Assembly: GCA_903929485.1 (NCBI GenBank)
Contig: CAIYUY010000287.1
Coordinates: 38 to 64,037 of the forward strand
DNA: 64,000 nt
Reading direction: 5' to 3'
DNA from: an uncultured Desulfuromonadales bacterium
Lineage (GTDB): Bacteria > Desulfobacterota > Desulfuromonadia > Geobacterales > CAIOGM01
The notes beneath the pieces were generated by a model. The model searched no databases. It was not told the DNA's origin and was given only the letters and a program-made list of their open reading frames with translations. Shown here piece by piece: positions 53,196-61,458 of this stretch. Every line of letters starts with the position of its first letter. Position 1 is the first letter of the stretch. The position numbers and the translations under genes are program-made.

Positions 53196-53672
53196 TTACG
53201 GGTCAGGTAGGGGGATGATGCGCGCGGAGACCGTTCCCTCCTCCAGGGTCACCAGCGCGAAGGTGGGGGAGCTGTCACCCTTTTGCAGCGCCCCCGGGTT
53301 GACCAGGAGCACCCCTTTGTCGGTTTGTATCAGCGGCTCATGGGTATGCCCGAAGAGGACCACCTCCGCGCCCGTTCGGTGGGCATGTTCGGCAAGGCGT
53401 GACACCCCCCCCTTGACACCGTGGGCGTCACCGTGACAAAGCAGGAACGGCACGCCGGCAAAGCGGATGAAAAGTTCGCGGGGAAGCGGGCTGTTGACGT
53501 CGCAGTTGCCGGGGAGACGGAAGAGTTTGCAGGTGAGCGCGGAGGCCAGGGGGAGGAGATCGTCACAGAAATCTCCCAGATGAATGACGGCGTCCACCTG
53601 GGGGATGCTCTCCACGGCCCGGAGCGCCGCCGGGTAGTTGCCGTGGGTATCGGAGATGACGATCAGTTTCAT
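53196..53672 (-). CDS. YfcE/MJ0936-family metallophosphoesterase
   Basis: ISDTHGN, LGDFCDD, GNCD and FGHTH are present. Confidence 0.9.
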   Translation of the reverse strand: MKLIVISDTHGNYPAALRAVESIPQVDAVIHLGDFCDDLLPLASALTCKLFRLPGNCDVNSPLPRELFIRFAGVPFLLCHGDAHGVKGGVSRLAEHAHRTGAEVVLFGHTHEPLIQTDKGVLLVNPGALQKGDSSPTFALVTLEEGTVSARIIPLPDP

Positions 53673-53741
53673 AGTGTATCCTTTATGATAAAATATCGTG
53701 GCAGTATAACCTGAAGAGACGATGAGGGGAAGGGGGTTACG

Positions 53742-54632
53742 GTGAAAAAATGGCTGATTATTGTTGCCGGTGTGGCCGGAGGGCTGCTGTTGTGTCTTGG
53801 CTTGCTGGTTCTGGGGGTATCGCTCCTGTTGAAGGATGACTCTTCCTTCGGAAGCGGTAACGTGGTGGGGGTGGTGGAGGTGAAGGGGATCATCCTGGAT
53901 TCCCAGGAGACCATCCGGCAGCTACACGAGTGCGAGAAGAGCGACCGGGTCAAGGCGGTGCTGCTGAGGATCGATTCACCGGGGGGAGTGGTTGGCCCAT
54001 CCCAGGAGATCCACGAAGAGGTGAAAAAGCTTGCGGCAAAGAAGAAGGTGGTGGTTTCCATGGGGAGTCTGGCCGCCTCGGGTGGCTATTATATCGCGGC
54101 GCCGGCCACGCTCATCTATGCCAATCCCGGCACCATCACCGGGAGTATCGGGGTAATTCTCAAACTTTCCAATCTTCAGGAGCTCATGGCTAAGGTGGGG
54201 GTCAAGTCGATCACCATAAAGACCGGCAAATTCAAGGATATCGGTTCCACCACCCGCCCCATGACAACGGAAGACCAAGCGCTCCTCCAGGGGGTCATCG
54301 ACAGCAGTTACGGTCAGTTTGTCAGGGCCGTCGCCCAGGGGCGGAAGCTCCCCGAGGCTTTTGTACGGCAGTTGGCCGACGGACGGATCTTTACCGGCGA
54401 GCAGGCTCTGGCGTTGAAGCTGGTGGATCGGTTGGGGAACATGCCCGACGCCCTGGCCGAGGCGGGGAGGCTTGGGGGAATCACCGGCGAGCCTCGCCAG
54501 TTCAAGCCGAAGAAGGAAAAGAAACTGCTGGACATGTTGGTGGAGGAGACCGCCAGCCAGATCGGTGGGATGGCGCGGCGGCAGGGGTTCAGCATCAGTT
54601 ACGAGCTGGGCGCCTTCGGGGCGGGGGAGTGA
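53742..54632 (+). CDS. sppA: Signal peptide peptidase SppA, 36K type
   Basis: N-terminal TM anchor, SPGG, and MGSLAASGGYYIA (catalytic Ser context). Confidence 0.9.
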   Translation: MKKWLIIVAGVAGGLLLCLGLLVLGVSLLLKDDSSFGSGNVVGVVEVKGIILDSQETIRQLHECEKSDRVKAVLLRIDSPGGVVGPSQEIHEEVKKLAAKKKVVVSMGSLAASGGYYIAAPATLIYANPGTITGSIGVILKLSNLQELMAKVGVKSITIKTGKFKDIGSTTRPMTTEDQALLQGVIDSSYGQFVRAVAQGRKLPEAFVRQLADGRIFTGEQALALKLVDRLGNMPDALAEAGRLGGITGEPRQFKPKKEKKLLDMLVEETASQIGGMARRQGFSISYELGAFGAGE

Positions 54633-54642
54633 CGAGAGTAGT

Positions 54643-55434
54643 TCAGGCGGCCAGGTGATTGTTGACGGCGATGTAGTTGGTGGTTGAAAAGAACTCATCG
54701 CTTTCTTTGTACTGCGTCATGGGTGCGCCGCCGAAGGGGGTAATCCTCCGGAGAGAAAAGTTCCGAGCCTGGAAAAAATACCAAAAATCCCTGAAATAGG
54801 TGCGGGTATCGATATTGCAGCCGCCGAATTCGAACTGGATGACTTTTGTGGCCGCCAGTGCGGCGCCGAAACCGTTCAAGGCGGATAATTCGTGCCCCTC
54901 GATATCTATTTTCACGATATCAAGCACCCTGGAGTTGAGTTCCTCCCTCCAATACTCTTCGAAGCGCAACGTGCTGATAGTTTCCTTAGCGTCAAAGGGT
55001 ATGTTGAAGTGATCCAGGTTTCGCTTGGTAAGGCTCCCCAGACCGGACCCGGGTTCGTTTGAATAGAGTGTCGCCGAACCTGTCTCCTCGGAAATCGCGG
55101 AGGGGATTATCTTTATCATGGCGTCACCGGCGAAGCGTGAGTTAAGCTTTTGAATATTGGTCCAGGATGGTTCGAAGGTATGTATTTCCACTGCGGGAGC
55201 TCTTCTCCGGAGTTCCGCGGTGTACTCTCCCCTATTCCCCCCCATGTCCATGGCCAGCAGCGGTTGATTTCCTAGCTGTTGGAGTACAATGTTTACTTCC
55301 TGTTGGATGGTTGCGGCGCCGTACCCTTTTCCTTGCGCCGTTGCGGCTATTTCCTCGAACTTCGGCGCCAGTTCCGGATGTTTCTGGATGAGATGGTTGA
55401 ACATTTCCAAAATGGTTCGCGAATAATCGGACAT
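54643..55434 (-). CDS. FkbM-family SAM-dependent methyltransferase
   Basis: MDMGGNRGEYT...HTFEPS...IDIEGHE pattern. The ATG at 55434 is preferred; the track ORF extends to 55476. Confidence 0.75.
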   Translation of the reverse strand: MSDYSRTILEMFNHLIQKHPELAPKFEEIAATAQGKGYGAATIQQEVNIVLQQLGNQPLLAMDMGGNRGEYTAELRRRAPAVEIHTFEPSWTNIQKLNSRFAGDAMIKIIPSAISEETGSATLYSNEPGSGLGSLTKRNLDHFNIPFDAKETISTLRFEEYWREELNSRVLDIVKIDIEGHELSALNGFGAALAATKVIQFEFGGCNIDTRTYFRDFWYFFQARNFSLRRITPFGGAPMTQYKESDEFFSTTNYIAVNNHLAA

Positions 55435-55540
55435 GGCAAGGTGACTCCGCAAGGGGTGGCTGGTTTTTGGTAGCAATCATTTATCATCAAACCGTACGCA
55501 TGTCAACGTGTCCGGCGCAAGCGAGCGGTACTCTTCCCGG

Positions 55541-56461
55541 TCACCTTCCCGACAACACAACCCGGTTGCGTCCTTCATGCTTGGCGCGATAGAGCGCCAG
55601 ATCCGCTTTCTTGATCAGGTCGCTTTCCTCCTCTCCCTCCCGCAACTGGGCCACGCCGAAGCTGGCGGTCACGGGGAGCGGGGCGGCGCTGTTGGGGGTT
55701 CGCTCAAAGGCGCTCCGTATCCGTTCAGCCAACGAAGCCGCGGCGTTCCCGTCGGAGTGTGAGAGCAGGATGATGAACTCCTCTCCCCCCCAGCGGGCCG
55801 CCAGATCCTCGGTCCGGAGCATGCCGGCGATCAGGGCGGAGAACTCCGTCAACAGCAGGTCACCCACGTTGTGGCCCAGGGTGTCGTTGACGGATTTGAA
55901 ATGATCCAGGTCAATGCTGATCAGCGAGAGGGGATAACCGTTGCGACGGGCGGAGCTGGCTGCCATGGCGAAATTTTCGCTAAACGATCGTCGGTTGTGA
56001 AGTCCGGTGAGCGCATCGGTTCTTGCCAGACGTGAGATGATTTCGGTGGCCGCTTCCAACTTGTGCAGCTTGTCCATGAGAGCCTGGTGGAGCAGGATCA
56101 CCCGGCGCCCCACGGCTACCCGCGCCCGGAGTTCATTACTGTTGAACGGTTTCCCGATAAAGTCGTCGGCCCCGGCGTCAAGGGCCAGCGCCGCGGCATC
56201 TTCGGTGCTTGAAGAGGTCATGATTATTATGTAATGCCGGTTGCCGTCTTCCTTGGCCCGCAGTCGTCGCACAATCTCCGGCCCTTCGATGCCGGGCATC
56301 ATCCAGTCCAGAATCACCAGCGACTCCTGCCGGGTTTCTCCCAGGATTCGCCACGCTTCATCACCATCAGCGGCGGCGGTCACGGTATAGCCCCACTTGG
56401 TCAACATGGATTGCAGCATCAGTCGTGACGGGGCGTCATCTTCGGCGATGAGGACATTCAT
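55541..56461 (-). CDS. Response regulator-diguanylate cyclase (REC-GGDEF)
   Basis: VLIAEDD, LVILDWMMPGIEG and RWGGEEFIIL are present. There is a 4-nt overlap with the upstream kinase gene. Confidence 0.93.
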   Translation of the reverse strand: MNVLIAEDDAPSRLMLQSMLTKWGYTVTAAADGDEAWRILGETRQESLVILDWMMPGIEGPEIVRRLRAKEDGNRHYIIIMTSSSTEDAAALALDAGADDFIGKPFNSNELRARVAVGRRVILLHQALMDKLHKLEAATEIISRLARTDALTGLHNRRSFSENFAMAASSARRNGYPLSLISIDLDHFKSVNDTLGHNVGDLLLTEFSALIAGMLRTEDLAARWGGEEFIILLSHSDGNAAASLAERIRSAFERTPNSAAPLPVTASFGVAQLREGEEESDLIKKADLALYRAKHEGRNRVVLSGR

Positions 56462-59400
56462 GGGGCGGTCCCTCCTTCCGGTGAAACGAGTAAAAGTTGC
56501 AACGCCGCCACCGCTTGATCCAATTTTTGTTCCAGCTCGGGTAACAGTTGCGCCGTTTTTTCCGGATCATCGCTCCCGGCTTCCATCCTCCCGGCAATTT
56601 CCGACAACGACGACAGGGAGAGATTGGCCGCGGCCCCTTTCAGTTTATGCGCCGCCTGGCGAAGCCCTGGGGTATCATTCGCGGCCAGCGCCCCACGGAG
56701 TGACTCCCCATAGTTCGGGGCGCTCTCGCGGAATATGATGGCCACCTCACGGGAGAGCTCAAGATCCCCCAGGTTTCGTTGTAAAAATTCGTCCCTGTTG
56801 AAAATTTCAAGGGGGTAGACGTAGGTTTTCGCCTCCACCTCAACTGTCGTTTCCCGAATGGGTGGTCCCTGTGCGTGGTCCCTGAGCGAAGTCGAAGGGT
56901 GGTCCCTGAGGGTGGTCTCTGAGCGAAGTCGAAGGGAAGTCCACTTGCGTATCATCTTTAATAAATCATCCAGATCAATGGGTTTGGTCAGATAATCATT
57001 CATCCCCGCGGCAAGGCAGAGGGCTCGATCATCCTTGAACGCTTTCGCCGTAAGGGCGATCACCGGGATGAGATGATTCCTCACCGCCGAAGCCTGATCT
57101 CGAATGGCGGCTGTCGCCTCATAGCCGTTCAACACCGGCATCATGCAGTCCATCAGGACCAGAGCATAGTCGTTGTTCTCCAGCGAGGTCAAGGCTTGTC
57201 GGCCATTATCGGCCAGATCCACCAGGAAACCCGATTTAGTCAGGAGGGTGGCGATGACCAACCGGTTGGTCGGTTCATCCTCCACCAGCAGCAGGCGAGC
57301 GCCGCCGCCGGACAGAGAGTCCGCTTCCGAAGTTCCCCCGCCGCCGGAGGGGATTCTGTTACCCTCCGGCGGCGGGTGGGGAGAACGGGGGACCGGCGTC
57401 TGTTTCTCCAGTGTAGCGGTAAACCAGAAGGTGGATCCATTTCCCGGAACGCTTTCCACCCCCATGCTCCCCCCCATGAGCGCCGCCAGTTGGCGCGAGA
57501 TGGTCAGCCCCAAGCCGGTGCCGCCATAGGAGCGGGTCGTGGAGCCGTCGGCCTGGGTGAAGGGATCGAAGATTGATTCCAACTTTTCAGCCGGAATACC
57601 GATACCGGTATCGGCTATCATAAACCTCAAGGTGGCCTCGCTCCCGTCTTCCCGTTCCTTTGACAGGGTAAGGCTTATGGAACCCTTGGCAGTGAATTTG
57701 ATGGCGTTCCCCACGAGGTTGTTCAGGATCTGTCTCAAACGTCCCGCGTCACCACGCAGGAGATGCGGCGTCCCGGGATCAACCAACGCGTCCAGTTCCA
57801 GTCCCTTATCCCTGGCTCGAAGGTTGAGGAGGTTAATCATCTCCCGGATTTCAATCCGGAGATCGAAATCCGTTATCTCCAAATCCATTTTTCCCGCTTC
57901 GATCTTGGATAGATCCAGGATGTCACTGATCAACGCCAGCAAGTTTTTGCCGGAAGCCTTGAGCGCCGCCAGATACGACTGCTGTTCGGCCGTGAGCTCC
58001 GTCAGAGCCAAAAGCTGCGCCATCCCCAGGACTCCGTTCAGGGGAGTCCGGATTTCATGGCTCATGTTCGCCAGAAACTGGCTCTTGGCCCGGTTGGCCG
58101 CCTGAGCGGCGTTGCGCGACTGGAGGAGCTCCTCCTTGATGGTCCCCTGCTCGGTTATGTCCCGGGCGCTGAAGATAAGGCAGGGGACCCCCTCCAACTC
58201 CGTCTCCTCCAGCGACAACAGAGCGGGGAATACCTCTCCATTCCTCCGCCTGAAGCGGGTCTCGTGATTTTCCAGCCGTGGCTGATTATCCAGTTGATCC
58301 AGCATCCGGACTCGCAGTTCCGGGCTCTCCCAGATGTCCAAATCATGGGCGGTGCGTCCCAGAGTCTCCTCCCGGCTGTAGCCGAAGAGCCGTTCAAAGG
58401 CCTCGTTCACTTCGCGGAAGCGGCCGGAGAGCCGTTCGGAGATGGCGATGACGTCGGGCGAAGTCCTAAAGATGGTGGACAATTGCGCCTGGGAGGAGCG
58501 GAACCTGGCTTCATCTTCCCGGCGCGCCTGTTCCAGCGCCACCCGGACCGTGATATCCTCGAAAATCCAGACACTACCCAAGGTGATATCATCGGCGCTT
58601 ACGAGCCGTCCCGTCAGGTGAATCCAGATTGAACCTCCATCGTGATGGCGGAACCGGGTATCGGTCTGATATTCCTCCCCCCGCATTATGGAGGGATGGG
58701 TCGCCGCGCCCACCCGGTCATACTCCGCAAGATCCTGATACAGCTCTTTCGTGGCCATCCCGGTCATCTCTTCCTGGGAGTAGCCGAAGATCCTGGTCAT
58801 GGCGGCGTTGACCCACCCCATGCGCCGTCGTTTGATCATGGCGATCCCCACACCGGAGCTGTCCAGGATCACCCGCTGTTCACGGCTGATTTGCGACAGT
58901 TGTTGCTCCAGAATCTTGCGTCCGGTGATCTCCTCCACGACGACCACCGTATATCCGGTCGCCGGGGGGGCCGGACGGGCCAGAGCCGAGGTCATCAGCC
59001 CCCAGAAAATTTCGCCAGATTTTCGTAGATAGCGCTTTTCCATGGCATACGAAGCTATTTCTCCGGTCAACAATTTCGTAGCGGACGAAATGCCGGCGGC
59101 CAGGTCATCGGGAAGGGTAAGCTCCTGGAAGGTCATGGTCAGGAGTTCGTCACGGGAGTAGCCGAAAAGGATGCAGAGATGGTCATTGACCTCGATGAAT
59201 TCGCCGGAGGGCTTCACCCTGGCGATTCCCACCGCGGCCAGATCAAATATGGCGCGTAACCGTTCCTCGCTTTCCCGGACTCTTTCCACCGCACTCTCCC
59301 TGTCGGTGACATCGTGAATAATGGAGAAGAGGAGGGGTTCTCCGTTGACCAGGATGGATGAAGAGTGGACTTCCACCAGCCGTTGGGAGCCGTCATGGAG

Positions 59401-61290
59401 TTTATGGGGAAACAGGAAGCTGTTCTGCTGGTGGTTTTTGGCTCTGTTGGTCAGGTCGGAGACTTCAGCGGCGGGGAGGAGGTTGATGCTGTTGATATTC
59501 GTGGCGCGGAGTTCCCCAATGCTCAGGCCGTAAAACCGGGCGGCGCCGGCGTTGGCGTCCACGATGATCCCCGAAATAGGGTTTATCAACAGGAACACGG
59601 CGGAATGTTCATGGAACAGGGTTCGGAAACGATTTTCACTCAAGGCCAGTTCAGCTGTCCGGAGCCGTACCTCCTCTTCCAACCGGAAGTTCGCCAGCCG
59701 CGCCTGTTCTATCCGCTCCTGAAGGGCTTTCGCCGTCAGCCGGAAATTGGCGGTGAGACCTGTCAGCTCCAGGGTGAGGGGGATGGGCCAGGGGATCTCC
59801 TGGCCACGGTCGATCCGTTGTGGGATATCCAGGGAAACGGCGGCCAGGGCGGCCAGCGGCCGGGTCAGGCTCCGACTCACCAGCGCCGCACCGCCAAGGG
59901 TGACCGCGAAGAAGAGCGCCAGCAGTTCCAGGTTGTGGGTGGTGGTTTCATAGGCGTATTTTTGCAGCGGCTGAATGGGGTATTCCAGCAGCAGTGTCCA
60001 AGGGGTGTCCGGCGCCGTCTGGCGGAGATAGTAACAGGCTCCTTCCCAGCGGTGGATGTTGCCGGTGAACTTCTTCCGGGCGGGAATCCTGAGGAAAACT
60101 TCCCGGTTAAGTCGACTGTGGGTGGCGTCGCCGTCGTTGAAGCTGTCCAGCGGTTTCCGGGATTGGTCTGTGCTTATGACAACCCGACTGTTCTGGTCGA
60201 TGATGGTCAGGAACATTTTCCGATGGAGATGGGAAGGATTAAAGAGAAGTCGCAGTCGCTCAAGATCAATGGAGCCAAGCCCGAAGCCGCTGAGCCTGCC
60301 GGATTTCACCACCGGGACGCATATGGAGAAGATCGGCTTAAAGGCGCCCACGCGCCCCTGAAAGACACCGGAGATTACCGGCCGCAGGGTGTCGGTCGAC
60401 TCCTTGAACCACGGACGGTCGGCGAAATTGACACCGATGGTGGACTTGTTCAGTTCGTTCACTGGGGGGGAGAAGGCGATGGCAGTGCCGGCGGCGTTGC
60501 CGATAAACAGGGTGCTGAAATCCGGGAGCAGGGTCCGGACATGATTCAGTTCCACCTGCAGCTCCGGTTTCGACGCACTGCTCCCCAGGTTTGCGATGAA
60601 ACCGACTGCGTTTATCTGTCGCGTCATCCATGCTTTCAAAATTGTCTGATTTTCCAGCGTTTCCGCCACCAAATCCTGGGAAGCCACCTCTTGAATCCGC
60701 TGGTTCTCCCGTTGATTCGTCATCAGAATCAAGACCAGGGCCGGCAGCATCATGGCGGCGGCCACCAGATTGAACAGGGTGGCCGCAAAGGGTTGGGGAG
60801 CTGTTTCCTTCCCCCGTAACCACCGCAGCAAGGGGGTATGGTCAAGGATGATGGTGGCCAACAGGGCGTTGGTGACCCCATTCACCCCCTGTTTCAGGGC
60901 AATAATCAAGGTGGATGGCAGCTCCAGCTGCATGACTCCGCCATAAAGCAGCAGCACCAGAGGCATCCCCAGCAGCAGCCAGTAGAGCGCGTCCAGCAGG
61001 AGCAGATTGCGTCTCCCCCGGCGAAGGGCTATCCCGATCCAGAGCGCTTCCGCCATGAACGTGACGACGGCAAAGGGATGGTTCCAGGCAAAATAGGTAT
61101 ATCCGGCGGCAATAAGCGCCACGGTGAGACCCCGGCGCATTCCCAGCAGGCGGAGGGCGATGAGGCTGAAGACGGAGCCGAAGAGGAAATCGATACTGTA
61201 GCAGAGGGGGAGCGCCAGCACGTTCCCCATATAGGCGAGAAGCGCCAGGATGGCGAATGTGCCGACAGTTTTCAGTGTATCTTTATTCAT
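56458..61290 (-). CDS. Large hybrid sensor histidine kinase (polytopic N-terminal sensor, Cache-like region, multiple PAS, HisKA, HATPase, REC, Hpt)
   Basis: 1610 aa. H-box MSHEIRTPLNG, N/G boxes NLVGNAIKF, DTGIGI and GTGLGL, REC LLLVEDE...LVLMDCMMP, and C-terminal Hpt AHKLKGAAANL. Confidence 0.93.
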   Translation of the reverse strand: MNKDTLKTVGTFAILALLAYMGNVLALPLCYSIDFLFGSVFSLIALRLLGMRRGLTVALIAAGYTYFAWNHPFAVVTFMAEALWIGIALRRGRRNLLLLDALYWLLLGMPLVLLLYGGVMQLELPSTLIIALKQGVNGVTNALLATIILDHTPLLRWLRGKETAPQPFAATLFNLVAAAMMLPALVLILMTNQRENQRIQEVASQDLVAETLENQTILKAWMTRQINAVGFIANLGSSASKPELQVELNHVRTLLPDFSTLFIGNAAGTAIAFSPPVNELNKSTIGVNFADRPWFKESTDTLRPVISGVFQGRVGAFKPIFSICVPVVKSGRLSGFGLGSIDLERLRLLFNPSHLHRKMFLTIIDQNSRVVISTDQSRKPLDSFNDGDATHSRLNREVFLRIPARKKFTGNIHRWEGACYYLRQTAPDTPWTLLLEYPIQPLQKYAYETTTHNLELLALFFAVTLGGAALVSRSLTRPLAALAAVSLDIPQRIDRGQEIPWPIPLTLELTGLTANFRLTAKALQERIEQARLANFRLEEEVRLRTAELALSENRFRTLFHEHSAVFLLINPISGIIVDANAGAARFYGLSIGELRATNINSINLLPAAEVSDLTNRAKNHQQNSFLFPHKLHDGSQRLVEVHSSSILVNGEPLLFSIIHDVTDRESAVERVRESEERLRAIFDLAAVGIARVKPSGEFIEVNDHLCILFGYSRDELLTMTFQELTLPDDLAAGISSATKLLTGEIASYAMEKRYLRKSGEIFWGLMTSALARPAPPATGYTVVVVEEITGRKILEQQLSQISREQRVILDSSGVGIAMIKRRRMGWVNAAMTRIFGYSQEEMTGMATKELYQDLAEYDRVGAATHPSIMRGEEYQTDTRFRHHDGGSIWIHLTGRLVSADDITLGSVWIFEDITVRVALEQARREDEARFRSSQAQLSTIFRTSPDVIAISERLSGRFREVNEAFERLFGYSREETLGRTAHDLDIWESPELRVRMLDQLDNQPRLENHETRFRRRNGEVFPALLSLEETELEGVPCLIFSARDITEQGTIKEELLQSRNAAQAANRAKSQFLANMSHEIRTPLNGVLGMAQLLALTELTAEQQSYLAALKASGKNLLALISDILDLSKIEAGKMDLEITDFDLRIEIREMINLLNLRARDKGLELDALVDPGTPHLLRGDAGRLRQILNNLVGNAIKFTAKGSISLTLSKEREDGSEATLRFMIADTGIGIPAEKLESIFDPFTQADGSTTRSYGGTGLGLTISRQLAALMGGSMGVESVPGNGSTFWFTATLEKQTPVPRSPHPPPEGNRIPSGGGGTSEADSLSGGGARLLLVEDEPTNRLVIATLLTKSGFLVDLADNGRQALTSLENNDYALVLMDCMMPVLNGYEATAAIRDQASAVRNHLIPVIALTAKAFKDDRALCLAAGMNDYLTKPIDLDDLLKMIRKWTSLRLRSETTLRDHPSTSLRDHAQGPPIRETTVEVEAKTYVYPLEIFNRDEFLQRNLGDLELSREVAIIFRESAPNYGESLRGALAANDTPGLRQAAHKLKGAAANLSLSSLSEIAGRMEAGSDDPEKTAQLLPELEQKLDQAVAALQLLLVSPEGGTAP

Positions 61291-61423
61291 GGTCTGCGTA
61301 CTCCTCAGCCGGTCAAGCCGAAACCAAACAGGAAAAACCAGGTCAAAGGCAATGGAACGCGGATCAAGTCTGATTTTTGCGGATTAACGCTGATTAAACA
61401 AGACCAAATGCAATGGATTTTTT

Positions 61424-61458
61424 ATCCGCGTAAATTCGCGCAATCCGCGTCATCCGCG
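61424..61458. repeat. Four 9-10-bp-spaced direct copies of ATCCGCG/ATTCGCG, with two inverted copies (CGCGGAT, TGCGGAT) at 61358-61384
   Basis: Read directly in the 160-bp spacer between the two kinase genes. The array overlaps the stop codon of the upstream kinase. Confidence 0.8.
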
